A DNA stretch of 32,000 bases, taken from assembly GCF_000179635.2 (NCBI RefSeq), contig NC_014833.1, forward strand, positions 2,280,001-2,312,000, given 5' to 3'. The notes below the pieces were generated by a model. It made no database searches and was not told where the DNA came from. It saw nothing but the letters and a program-made list of their open reading frames with translations. A program made the translations under genes and the position numbers. This document shows, piece by piece, positions 7,954 to 16,497 of this stretch. This DNA comes from Ruminococcus albus 7 = DSM 20455. Lineage in GTDB: Bacteria; Bacillota; Clostridia; Oscillospirales; Ruminococcaceae. Numbering within the stretch: the stretch's first letter is position 1; each line of letters begins with the position of its first letter.

Positions 7954-9981
7954 TTATTCATAAACAGCTGTTATCTCACAATCGCCATCAATAGTTACTG
8001 CAGTTGTTTCTGCTTTAGAATCAGAAAGAGTACAACCGCTTGATTCCCATTTAACGAATTTTCCTGCCGACGGATCGGCGGTGACGGTGATGGGATAAGC
8101 TTTATAATAATCGCCTTTAAAATCTTTATCCGAAAGATCAAGAGCCGTTGTGTTCAGTATAACTCCGCCTTTATTACTATCGGTAGATTTTATAGTAACT
8201 GTTGCTTTCTCACCAGGCTTAAATACATCGGTTATATGAGTGATGAAAACCGAATATCTGCCATCCAGGAATTTCTTGAAAGCATCAGCGTTCCAGCCGA
8301 AACCTTCTCTTGCATAATCAGGTCCGAAACGGATAAAGGTGTCCTTAACAAGAGGCGCATAAGCATTCAGCATTTCATCATACGCTGCATCGACCTTGCT
8401 TTTTTCAAAACTGATATTTCTCATATCACATAAGGAGAGAATAAACATCTGCTTAAATTCCTCATTATCTAGCAGACTTCTGAAAATGTCAGCAGGAGGC
8501 TGTTCAAGATCCTTGAATGTCTTGGTTCCGTCAATAGCTTTTTTTATAAAATTATCATCAAAGTTTTCTCCATTTACATAAATACCGCTGGAATAGTCGG
8601 TATCATAAGTCATCATGCGCCATTTACCATCGGATACTGCGGTAGCATTATCGGCATTACGAACTCTCCACATACGCCAGTTGTTACCTTGTATTATACT
8701 ATCTTCGTTACCGATATAGATATTGAAAGCCATATAATCCGAGAATGATCGTATATCCAACATATCGCAGGCCTTTGTATAGTTTGCTTCATCTGACATA
8801 TCATTTCCGGTGATAAAGTCATACATATCGCTGTATAACTTTATGTCATCCTCAGTACCTTCTTCGATCTCACCAACTTTAAGTATCACAACATTTTTGT
8901 TGTCGATATCATAATTATCTGATATATAATTATCACTATAATCCTCAGTAAGAGTATACATTCCCCAGTATTCACCATCAATGAAAGCAACAACCGGGGT
9001 TGACTGAATAGTTTCAAAGGACTTGTCCATGACCATGGATTGCAGCAGAGGATCCCTGAATTTAGCGAAATTACAGTCATTACCACCATTTCTGAGGACA
9101 AAGGATTTATACTTATCTACATTACCCTGTCTGTCTGAACGAGTATTATCAGGTATAAGCTCATAATTTATATTTTTATCACCATAATCCTTACGTGCTG
9201 TAAGGCGAAAACTTTTCTGATGTTCATTTCTGGATGCAGCACCCATTATTCTTATACCGAGATCCTGTGTAAAACCTATACTTCCGTCAGAAAGAATGTA
9301 TTCAGCATAAACAGGACGCTCCCATTCTTTTCCGCGCTGAGTATAGTTAGCTTCCTGCTTCCAAACATCAACTGATGCATTTGAAGGATCTTCCTTCAAC
9401 CAATCATCGTGGATCTTACCAAGTACATAAATACCCGAGTCATGATCAAACAGATCAGCGGGATCCATCATCAATGATATAACAGGAACATCTGAGTAAT
9501 TTTTCTCTCTGTCGATGCCCACAAAGAAAGTGTGGGAAGTTACTGCACCATGAGTACCGTCATCTTTAAACGCAGCAGCACGTATAACATTTCCCTTAGT
9601 AACGGACATAGGTGCAGAATAGTCGTGACTTGCTGTGATCTCAGTCTGTTCAGCAAGCATAGAAAAATCATTCCTGCGATCAGTCAGAGAAATCGCATCG
9701 GTATACACTTCTGAGGAAGCATTTGGCACAGAACCATCGGTAGTATATCTAATTGTAACATCTTTATCCTTAACAGACAGTTCAAGCTGCTGTTCACTTT
9801 CATAAAATCCGCTTTCCAGACTAAAACTAACTTCAGAGATATTCTCGTCATATTCACTGTCAGCTGACACAGAATTGTTTTTAACGATCTTATTGTCTGT
9901 TTTTTTATTATCCGAACATCCACACAAACTCAAAAGGCATACAATAGCTGTAAACAGGGCAATTCTATTCTTAATGAACAT
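7954..9981 (-). CDS. CotH-family (atypical kinase fold) lipoprotein
   Basis: Segments FRLTARKDYGDKNINYELIP, FVLRNGGNDCNFAKFRDPLLQS and GEYWGMYTLTEDYSDNYI resemble CotH. The N-terminus has a lipobox LLSLCGC. A TIRYTTDGSVPNASSEVYTD module resembles chitobiase/Fn3-associated domains. The track starts at 9990, but AAAGGA spacing favours the ATG at 9981 (MFIKNRIALF...). Confidence 0.82.
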   Translation of the reverse strand: MFIKNRIALFTAIVCLLSLCGCSDNKKTDNKIVKNNSVSADSEYDENISEVSFSLESGFYESEQQLELSVKDKDVTIRYTTDGSVPNASSEVYTDAISLTDRRNDFSMLAEQTEITASHDYSAPMSVTKGNVIRAAAFKDDGTHGAVTSHTFFVGIDREKNYSDVPVISLMMDPADLFDHDSGIYVLGKIHDDWLKEDPSNASVDVWKQEANYTQRGKEWERPVYAEYILSDGSIGFTQDLGIRIMGAASRNEHQKSFRLTARKDYGDKNINYELIPDNTRSDRQGNVDKYKSFVLRNGGNDCNFAKFRDPLLQSMVMDKSFETIQSTPVVAFIDGEYWGMYTLTEDYSDNYISDNYDIDNKNVVILKVGEIEEGTEDDIKLYSDMYDFITGNDMSDEANYTKACDMLDIRSFSDYMAFNIYIGNEDSIIQGNNWRMWRVRNADNATAVSDGKWRMMTYDTDYSSGIYVNGENFDDNFIKKAIDGTKTFKDLEQPPADIFRSLLDNEEFKQMFILSLCDMRNISFEKSKVDAAYDEMLNAYAPLVKDTFIRFGPDYAREGFGWNADAFKKFLDGRYSVFITHITDVFKPGEKATVTIKSTDSNKGGVILNTTALDLSDKDFKGDYYKAYPITVTADPSAGKFVKWESSGCTLSDSKAETTAVTIDGDCEITAVYE

Positions 9982-10001
9982 ATACGTCATATCCTTTCAT
10001 A

Positions 10002-10034
10002 TTAAAACAGCCTGTCAGCTTACGCAGACAGGCT
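10002..10034 (-). terminator. intrinsic terminator inside the 5' leader of the CotH gene (attenuator)
   Basis: Minus-strand AGCCUGUC-UGCGUAAGCU-GACAGGCU followed by GUUUUAAU. It ends about 10 nt before the RBS of the CotH gene. Confidence 0.65.
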
Positions 10035-10270
10035 ATCCTATGAACATGGTAAGAGCTTACGGCTTACACGCCTCTGCTCCCTGGTCTGCCCCCAACCCAG
10101 AGGGCAGTATATGATTCTTTCGGAAGCTATCCGAATAAATCAATTCCCTGCTCATCCAAAAAGCCATAACATCAAGATGAGCCAGCCGATCAAAAGGCAC
10201 CTAATGGCGTCTTTAAGATGTTTTTTCAGCCGAGCTAACGGCGGCATACGTAAAGCACACGCTTTACGTC
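10035..10270 (-). promoter_or_regulatory. long structured 5' leader RNA, candidate cis-regulatory element of unknown class
   Basis: No RBS-preceded ORF lies here. Several stable minus-strand hairpins: 10269-10248, 10182-10150, 10142-10112 (nested) and 10107-10086. The region is bounded by a consensus promoter and a terminator. Confidence 0.45.
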
Positions 10271-10276
10271 AAGTAC

Positions 10277-10305
10277 ATTATAACAAAGAATAATCAAATT
10301 GTCAA
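10277..10305 (-). promoter_or_regulatory. consensus sigma-A promoter driving the CotH leader
   Basis: Minus strand: TTGACA (10305-10300), 17-bp spacer, TATAAT (10282-10277). Confidence 0.65.
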
Positions 10306-10532
10306 GTCCTTTTGCACAATTTTTATAAATATTTTCTGTATTATAAAGTCGAAAAGACAAGATAACAAATATAAAACAAAAAAGAAATGAACACAGTAGT
10401 AATAGCGAAGCTTCTCCTACCTTAGTATATTACATAACGACGTCGGTTATGCGATCATTTTAAAATATTTATCTGTTTATGCGGAGATCACACCTAAGCG
10501 AAGTTATACCTTTCTTCTCCGATAATAATACT

Positions 10533-11021
10533 TCAGAATATCTTCCTCATCTGATACCACTTAACGCCGCCAATTACGGAGCCTGTGGAAACGCCCTCAT
10601 TTTCAAAACCGAACTGCTCATAAAAACTTATCAACTCAGCTTTACAGGTTAGCACTACTCCCTTGCGTCCCTGCTCTTTTGCGAGGCGAAGAAATTCGTT
10701 CATCAATGTATGGGCATAGCCTTTGTGTCTGCATTCAGGACATGTGCAAAGCCCGAATATCATCTGCCAGGCTCCGTTTTCATTGTGCAGCTCTGGTCTT
10801 TTGTACATCTCATCTGTCAGGTCTGAATGATCATTAACAAAGCCGTTAATAAACGCTGCTACCCTTGCATTGTCATCGCAAAGCAGCAGAAAATGGTCGG
10901 GATAAGTCATCAACCGAGATCGGAACTGATCCTTTTCAGCTGCCTGATCCTTTGGAAAACAGCTTAACTCTATCTCTGATATCTCGTCAAGATACGAGAG
11001 GTCTGCAAATCGTAGTATCAT
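10533..11021 (-). CDS. GNAT-family N-acetyltransferase
   Basis: 162 aa with an AAGGAGAG RBS. GNAT-like core ...CRHKGYAHTLMNEFLRLAKEQGRKGVVLTCKAELISFYEQFGF. The start overlaps the upstream ATPase gene by 35 nt. Confidence 0.8.
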   Translation of the reverse strand: MILRFADLSYLDEISEIELSCFPKDQAAEKDQFRSRLMTYPDHFLLLCDDNARVAAFINGFVNDHSDLTDEMYKRPELHNENGAWQMIFGLCTCPECRHKGYAHTLMNEFLRLAKEQGRKGVVLTCKAELISFYEQFGFENEGVSTGSVIGGVKWYQMRKIF

Positions 11022-11688
11022 TTTCTCTCTCCTTACCGATCAGACTTCCGCTGTTCATTTCATAGACTTTGTCTGCATACGCAAGCGCTGAGCTGTCATG
11101 GGTGACAGCGATAACCGCAGCACCTCTTTCAGCCTGATCTTTCAGAAGTTTTAAAATAAGTGTGGCATTTTCTTCGTCAAGATCATTTGTGGGCTCGTCT
11201 GCAAAAATCACAGAGGGAGAATTTATAAGCGCCCTTGCAACCGAAAGCCGCCTGAGTTCTCCTCCAGAAAGCTCATCTGGATATGCATTTTCTTGCTTTT
11301 TAAGCCCAAGGATATCAAGCAGCTGTTTGGCGTAAACCGTATCGTCATTACCTGAAAGTACCGATGGGAGAAGTACATTTTGCAATACAGTCAGGCTTGA
11401 AAGGGCACTGGCACCCTGAGGTATATATCCAATATTTTCGCACCTGAATGCTGAAAGCTGCTCGTCGCTTTGCATATAAACAGAAGTATCATCATAATAA
11501 ACCTGTCCATCATTCGGGGCAAGAATCCCTGAAAGTACATTTATCAGGGTAGTTTTTCCGCTTCCTGAACGGCCGGTTATCAGGGTAAGCTTGCCGTTGT
11601 CAAAAGATATATCAACCTTATCCAGTACCTTTACAGTATTTCCCTTTTTATTATAGCTAACGCTGATACTATCCGCTATTATCTTCAT
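10987..11688 (-). CDS. ABC transporter ATP-binding protein (MacB/FtsE-LolD-like)
   Basis: Walker A GRSGSGKTT, signature LSGGELRR, Walker B IFADEPTNDLD. I prefer ATG 11688 (MKIIADS...), 1 nt after the permease stop, over the track start at 11781. Confidence 0.9.
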   Translation of the reverse strand: MKIIADSISVSYNKKGNTVKVLDKVDISFDNGKLTLITGRSGSGKTTLINVLSGILAPNDGQVYYDDTSVYMQSDEQLSAFRCENIGYIPQGASALSSLTVLQNVLLPSVLSGNDDTVYAKQLLDILGLKKQENAYPDELSGGELRRLSVARALINSPSVIFADEPTNDLDEENATLILKLLKDQAERGAAVIAVTHDSSALAYADKVYEMNSGSLIGKERENDTTICRPLVS

Positions 11689-11689
11689 T

Positions 11690-12892
11690 TCAGCAACCCT
11701 CCCGAAGTATTTTGCCAGTTTCAATATGAGTGAGCCTGTATGCCGATATTGCAGACGCAATCGATCCTGCAAACAAAACAATAGTCATTACAGCAGCACC
11801 GTAAAAAAGAGTTACACTTACAGACGGCATCAGCATCGGCAGCGCAGTCTTTTTCTCGATTACGCCTACAAATGAAAAACTGAGCAGAGCCGTCAAAGCA
11901 ACACCTGCCAATGAACCAGCCCCTGCGGTGATAATTGACTCTGAAAGCACTATTCTGCTAAGTTGCTTTCTTGAGAAACCTATTGTTCTTAACAATGCAA
12001 ATTCTCTTTTTCGCTCGTTTGCACTATTATAGAATGCAGCGATCATTATCACAGCAGCAAGCACCCACACGGCGGTTGTTATTACCATTATACTTTCGGA
12101 AAGTACATTCAGCTGCTTTGCTGTATCGGTCATCATTGATTTTGTTCGCACAGCCTGAACACCATCAACTTTCATGTTTATTTCGGCTGTGAGTTCGTCA
12201 ATATCAGCATCCTTATCTGCTTTTATATAAACAGAGGATATCACATTCTCCGGGCTTTGCTTTGAAAGGACGGCTATACCCTTCTCGGCCGAGGCTTTTA
12301 TAAGTCCCTTGACTGTATCATTTGTTGCATATACTGCCGTGTCAAGACCTGTGCCTGTTCTTTCGAGCTTGCCGACAGCCTTGCACTCAACACCGTAGAG
12401 TGCAAGAGTATTCCCAACACGAGTAGATAACCCGGCACCAACTATTATCTCGTTTTCTTTTAATGTGCCGTTATAAGCCTCCTTGAGCCAGGGCTTTACA
12501 GTAAAATCAGTATCATCATCAAAGCCTATTATCTGCACCTGAACAGTGCAGCACTCGGCATTGGCAGACACAAGAAAATACTGAGAAGAGAGCTTATCTA
12601 TTCCGTTTATTTCTGAAAGACTGTCTGCTACTGACTTATCCATATAGAAATACCCGGGTGTACCCTGCAATAGCAAGTTTTGCAGATCGACCTTTTTTTC
12701 AGTTCCCTCGGGAAGAACAATGATGTCAGCGCCAAGCCGCTGTTCCAAGCTATCAAGACCTCTTTGCATACTTTTTATCAGCAACTGACCGCCAAAGGCA
12801 GCTGCCGACATTACCATGGCTATCACGATAAGCGCAGTTGTTCTGATAGGCTTGCGTCTAAGATTTATAATAGGAAGTTTTTTAAGATCCAT
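11690..12892 (-). CDS. ABC transporter permease, FtsX/MacB type
   Basis: 400 aa. N-terminal TM helix, a large extracytoplasmic domain and a C-terminal 3-TM FtsX-like region (REFALLRTIGFSRKQL...). Confidence 0.82.
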   Translation of the reverse strand: MDLKKLPIINLRRKPIRTTALIVIAMVMSAAAFGGQLLIKSMQRGLDSLEQRLGADIIVLPEGTEKKVDLQNLLLQGTPGYFYMDKSVADSLSEINGIDKLSSQYFLVSANAECCTVQVQIIGFDDDTDFTVKPWLKEAYNGTLKENEIIVGAGLSTRVGNTLALYGVECKAVGKLERTGTGLDTAVYATNDTVKGLIKASAEKGIAVLSKQSPENVISSVYIKADKDADIDELTAEINMKVDGVQAVRTKSMMTDTAKQLNVLSESIMVITTAVWVLAAVIMIAAFYNSANERKREFALLRTIGFSRKQLSRIVLSESIITAGAGSLAGVALTALLSFSFVGVIEKKTALPMLMPSVSVTLFYGAAVMTIVLFAGSIASAISAYRLTHIETGKILREGC

Positions 12893-13295
12893 TACTCTTT
12901 CCTGCCTTTATGATGCCGAGAATGCTGTCAACACCTGCCACAGCTGCAAGAACAGATGCTATAACTATCACCGCAGGCTTGAATATTGTGTGACAGCTCA
13001 TTGTGTCCATCATGCAAAGCTTTATCACATGGTCGGGTATAAACATAACCGAAAGAGATGTTAAAAACACACCTATCGCAAGTCCTGCTTTTATGCCGCT
13101 GTTTTTTAGAATGATCCTAAGCAGCGCAAGCAGCGTGATTACTATACCTATTAGCGTTACCGCATTCTGCGCCCAATGACATGTCATAAATTTTCCTTCA
13201 TGCTCGCTGCTGCAAGCCTTAAAAAATGTAAAAGAGCCGACAGTCAGTAACACTGAAGCTATAAACTCAACTATTCCCGGTATATTCTTCTTCAT
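12882..13295 (-). CDS. small integral membrane protein, DUF4418-like, with duplicated M-x-C-H motifs
   Basis: About 137 aa with four hydrophobic segments. Motifs FMTCHW and TMSCHT. Family assignment is from memory of DUF4418 proteins that accompany FtsX-type ABC systems. ATG 13295 is preceded by GGTGA. Confidence 0.6.
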   Translation of the reverse strand: MKKNIPGIVEFIASVLLTVGSFTFFKACSSEHEGKFMTCHWAQNAVTLIGIVITLLALLRIILKNSGIKAGLAIGVFLTSLSVMFIPDHVIKLCMMDTMSCHTIFKPAVIVIASVLAAVAGVDSILGIIKAGKSNGS

Positions 13296-13310
13296 CACTA
13301 CTTCACCAAC

Positions 13311-14090
13311 TTATATGGTATATTCAGGTTGGGGCTGTGCCTGTGCTAGTTCAAAAAGCTCAAGTATCTCTCGTCTAAGAGCTAAAAATTCCACTCCGCC
13401 CCTATGCCTTGGTCTTGGCAGAGTAACGTCTATCACACGACTTATCTTGCCGGGACGAGGAGTCATTATAACTATACGGTCACTTAAATATATAGCCTCA
13501 TCGATGTCGTGGGTAACAAGTATCATGGTTGTGCCCTTTTCCTTCCAGAGCTCTAACAGCTTATCCTGAAGGTCAGCTCTTGTAAAGGAATCAAGTGCAC
13601 CCATAGGCTCATCCAATAGAAGAGCTTTAGGTTCGTTTATCAGCGCCCTTGCTATCGCCACACGCTGTGCCATACCACCCGATATCTGGTGAGGATAGCT
13701 TTTTTCAAATCCACCAAGCCCCACCATTGAGATATACTCACTTACATTCTTTTTCTTCTGTCTTAGCTGACCTCTTGCCCTTAGTCCGTAGGCTATGTTA
13801 TGTTCAACATCAAGCCACGGAAAAAGACTTCCCTGCTGAAAAACATATCCGCGCTCTGGATCAACGCCTTTTATCTTTCTGCCGTCAATCGAAAGCGATC
13901 CCGACTGCGGTTTATCAAGACCTGCAATAAGCCGCAGGAGCGTAGTCTTGCCGCATCCAGAAGGTCCGATAAGCGAGATAAACTCCCCTGCTCTTATGTC
14001 AAGGTCAACAGCTTTTAATGCCTCAACAGCCCTTCCGTCAGCATCGGTATAGATTCTGTCGACATTTTGTATATTTATACTGCTGCTCAT
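13311..14090 (-). CDS. ABC transporter ATP-binding protein, NitT/TauT (nitrate/sulfonate/bicarbonate) family
   Basis: Walker A GPSGCGKTT, signature ISGGMAQR, Walker B LLLDEPMGALD. I prefer ATG 14090 (MSSSINIQNV...), which overlaps the permease stop (ATGA). Confidence 0.88.
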   Translation of the reverse strand: MSSSINIQNVDRIYTDADGRAVEALKAVDLDIRAGEFISLIGPSGCGKTTLLRLIAGLDKPQSGSLSIDGRKIKGVDPERGYVFQQGSLFPWLDVEHNIAYGLRARGQLRQKKKNVSEYISMVGLGGFEKSYPHQISGGMAQRVAIARALINEPKALLLDEPMGALDSFTRADLQDKLLELWKEKGTTMILVTHDIDEAIYLSDRIVIMTPRPGKISRVIDVTLPRPRHRGGVEFLALRREILELFELAQAQPQPEYTI

Positions 14091-15166
14091 TTTTTTACAA
14101 CTCCCTCTTGCCACCTTAACGTGTGCTTTTGAATCCTGCCGATGATGTGGTTGATAAAAGAAAACAGCACCGCCATTATAACTATTGCCGCTAATACTTT
14201 GTAGTATGCACTCCACACCTTAGACTGGTTGATGTAGTAACCAAGCCCACCCGGCTGACCTAACATCTCGCTCATTACAAGTGTAGTAAACGCCATTGCA
14301 TTTGCCGAAGTTATTCCGGTGAAGATATCCGGCATAGCGTGCGGTATCGCAACGTGCAAAATCTGATCTACAGAACTGCTTCCGAGTATCCTTGCGGCTT
14401 CAAAGCTTTGTCTGGGTGTTGACTGTATGCCCTGTGCAGTAAGAAAAGCTATCTGGAACCAGGCGCATATAACTATAAGGAAAACCGCAGCTGTAAATGA
14501 ATTCGGTAAAAGTGTTAGCGCAAATGGCATCCATGCTACCGCAGGTACAACGCCAGTTATTTTAAGCACTGGGAAAACCCAGTAATAAACTTTAGGGAAC
14601 CACCCGATAAGTATTCCCGTACCTACACCCAAAAGAACACCGCAGGAAAAGCCAGCCGCATAAAGTCTTAAAGAATAGAGAGTGTTTTGCAGGATATATT
14701 CGCTGTCAACAAGGTAAGCCTCGATAACCTGAGCAGGCCCGGGAAAAAATGGCTGCGGAAAGAATAGCAGCTTAGTACCGCCTATATCCCAAACAGCAAG
14801 AGCTATCCCAACAGCAAAGCGAAAAGCTGCCCTTTTGCTGTAGCTTTTTCTTCTGTCATTATCTCCCCACGCACGCACTCCTGCGGCAGCATAAATAACA
14901 GTAAGAACAGCGAGTACCAAAATGTAAGCATCATTCATAGTGAGCTTTATATTAAGGTTGAATGCCCTTATTACATAATTCTTTATTTCCAATGCTGCTT
15001 TCTGAGGAAAGAAAATATTGACACCTGCAGCAATAATGAACCCCGAAACAGTAAACAGTATCTTTAATAGATAGTATGCATTATTTTTGTATCCCCAAGC
15101 AGATCTCGCTTTGCCGTTTTGCTCAGCTTTTACAGGTGATGACAGTTTTACTGCTGTCGTGCTCAT
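14087..15166 (-). CDS. ABC transporter permease, NitT/TauT family, with an N-terminal extension
   Basis: 359 aa, multi-TM, with a binding-protein-dependent transport signature region (...FEAARILGSSSVDQILHVAIPHAMP...). ATGA overlap with the SBP gene. Confidence 0.85.
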   Translation of the reverse strand: MSTTAVKLSSPVKAEQNGKARSAWGYKNNAYYLLKILFTVSGFIIAAGVNIFFPQKAALEIKNYVIRAFNLNIKLTMNDAYILVLAVLTVIYAAAGVRAWGDNDRRKSYSKRAAFRFAVGIALAVWDIGGTKLLFFPQPFFPGPAQVIEAYLVDSEYILQNTLYSLRLYAAGFSCGVLLGVGTGILIGWFPKVYYWVFPVLKITGVVPAVAWMPFALTLLPNSFTAAVFLIVICAWFQIAFLTAQGIQSTPRQSFEAARILGSSSVDQILHVAIPHAMPDIFTGITSANAMAFTTLVMSEMLGQPGGLGYYINQSKVWSAYYKVLAAIVIMAVLFSFINHIIGRIQKHTLRWQEGVVKK

Positions 15167-16218
15167 TTTTGAACCTCAACTTTCTGATAAATATCTTTTG
15201 CAAACTGATCGGGGTCACTTTTTAGATATCCTATCTTCGCAAGTCCGTCAACAAAATACTTTACGTCAGATTCAACGTGTGAGTCCCAGTTTTCATCATG
15301 CTCTGCCGCAGAGGGGAAACCATAGCTCTTTATAAGCTCTACCGCAAGCTCCTTATCCTCTATTGATGCGTAGTTTTTATTTATAATAATATCTACTGCT
15401 TCCTCAGGGTGTTCATATAACCACTCCTGCGCTTTGCGATAAGCCCTAAGCAGTGCAGCGACCTCTTCGGGGTCATCATTCAAGACTTTATTAGATGCAT
15501 ATAAAAAGCAGCAGAAATGGTTCTCAAAGTAAGGATCTTTTCCGAGATCGAAGATTATCTTCACATCGCCTGCCTTTTCGTGTATAGAGCCTAGCGGATC
15601 CCATAGTGCCGCAACATCTATCTCACCGTTTGCAAGTGCTTCAAATTCAAGATTTCCGTCCGAGTATGGTAGGAACGTTACTTCTCCTGCGGACGGGTCT
15701 GCGGATATTCCTGCATTTTCAAGCCACAGCGAAGCTACCTGATGCGGTGTACCGCCTATCTCATCAACACCTATTTTCTTGTTCTTGAGATCATCTACAG
15801 TGCTTATGTCCGAATCGGGACGAACAGCAAACTTTATGCATCCCTCGTGCAACCCGTCAACCACCTTAACATCTATGCCGTTTTCAATAGAAGGGAAAAA
15901 CTGAAAGTCGCCGTTTACTATCGGGATAGAACCATTATTAAGACCTATCTTTCTCGTTTCAAAATCGGCTGAAATAAGGTTCACATCAAAGCCCTCGTCT
16001 GCAAAATAACCATTTTCATAAGCGATATAGATAGGGGCTCCGCAAAGTGCGCCATCCTTGCCAGGTATGTCTATCTTGCCGTATTTATAAGATCCCTTTA
16101 CATTGTTCGCATCAGCTGTGCTGACATCACTGCCTGCCTCACTTACCGAGCAGGATGTTAAAATGCTTGCACCTAAGATAAATGCAAGTGAGAGTGATAA
16201 TAATTTTTTCCTTTTCAA
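15163..16218 (-). CDS. ABC substrate-binding lipoprotein, NMT1/THI5-like (NitT/TauT family)
   Basis: TTG start 8 nt after AAGGAGGT. Lipobox ILTSCSV. The body is typical of NMT1/SsuA-like binding proteins. Confidence 0.82.
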   Translation of the reverse strand: MKRKKLLSLSLAFILGASILTSCSVSEAGSDVSTADANNVKGSYKYGKIDIPGKDGALCGAPIYIAYENGYFADEGFDVNLISADFETRKIGLNNGSIPIVNGDFQFFPSIENGIDVKVVDGLHEGCIKFAVRPDSDISTVDDLKNKKIGVDEIGGTPHQVASLWLENAGISADPSAGEVTFLPYSDGNLEFEALANGEIDVAALWDPLGSIHEKAGDVKIIFDLGKDPYFENHFCCFLYASNKVLNDDPEEVAALLRAYRKAQEWLYEHPEEAVDIIINKNYASIEDKELAVELIKSYGFPSAAEHDENWDSHVESDVKYFVDGLAKIGYLKSDPDQFAKDIYQKVEVQK

Positions 16219-16265
16219 TTTCTTTTACCTCCTTGTTGTGCAGATACTTTCTCTGCATTGATTAG

Positions 16266-16294
16266 ATTTTATACCAAAAACACTCAAAGGTCAA
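16266..16294 (-). promoter_or_regulatory. sigma-A-type promoter of the seven-gene ABC operon
   Basis: Minus strand: TTGACC (16294-16289), 17-bp spacer, TAAAAT (16271-16266). It lies about 45 nt upstream of the TTG start. Confidence 0.5.
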
Positions 16295-16304
16295 CAAAAA
16301 TGCG

Positions 16305-16318
16305 TGATAACGTTATCA
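16305..16318. promoter_or_regulatory. perfect 14-bp palindromic operator TGATAACGTTATCA (site 1)
   Basis: Perfect dyad located 10 bp upstream of the -35 element of the ABC operon. Confidence 0.55.
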
Positions 16319-16408
16319 GCCAAATCTACGAAAAAGCGCGATTTTACGAATATTAAGATAAAGCTTTTCACCAAAATTCAAAATACACAGCATATGATAA
16401 CTAAGATG

Positions 16409-16422
16409 TGATAACGTTATCG
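16409..16422. promoter_or_regulatory. palindromic operator copy TGATAACGTTATCG (site 2)
   Basis: 13 of 14 identity to site 1, 104 bp away. An extra half-site TGATAAC lies at 16395-16401. Confidence 0.5.
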
Positions 16423-16497
16423 CTTTGTATTTACGCGGTTTACGTTTATAATTTTCATATACGATCACAACTTAAGCATATCTTATCTAACTATATA

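Noticed and set aside
7846-8043. 65-aa plus-strand ORF starting with TTG
   Set aside because: It starts inside the IS, then crosses the IS right inverted repeat, the target-site repeat, the bidirectional terminator and the 3' end of the CotH gene. It is not a credible gene.
10040-10270. Local resemblances of the leader to known riboswitches: UUAGGUG and AAGCUCUUAC versus the M-box, and plus-strand GAGCUAAC...CGUAAAGC versus the 3' part of ydaO (c-di-AMP)
   Set aside because: Only short isolated words match. The other conserved cores are absent or out of order: GUUAGGUGAGGC and AGUGCUAAA for the M-box, and the GGGGACCCA and GGGUGAAUC type elements for ydaO. The ydaO-like words are on the strand that has no downstream gene. 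I treated these as coincidence pending a covariance-model search.
9875-10293. Two plus-strand ORFs (79 and 60 aa) in the CotH leader region
   Set aside because: They have no RBS. They lie opposite to the promoter/terminator pair that brackets the region, and no plus-strand gene lies downstream. The region is better explained as a minus-strand leader RNA.
10433-10451. Near-palindrome CATAACGACGTCGGTTATG downstream of the GNAT gene, considered as an operon terminator
   Set aside because: The stem is short and AT-rich, and no U-tract follows it on the minus strand. I could not support calling it a terminator or an operator.
16305-16422. Interpreting TGATAACGTTATCA as a Fur box
   Set aside because: The half-sites resemble TGATAA, but the dyad is 6-2-6 rather than the 7-1-7 / 6-3-6 spacing of Fur-family boxes (TGATAATNATTATCA). 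I therefore report it as an operator of unknown cognate regulator that also fits the degenerate cre consensus.
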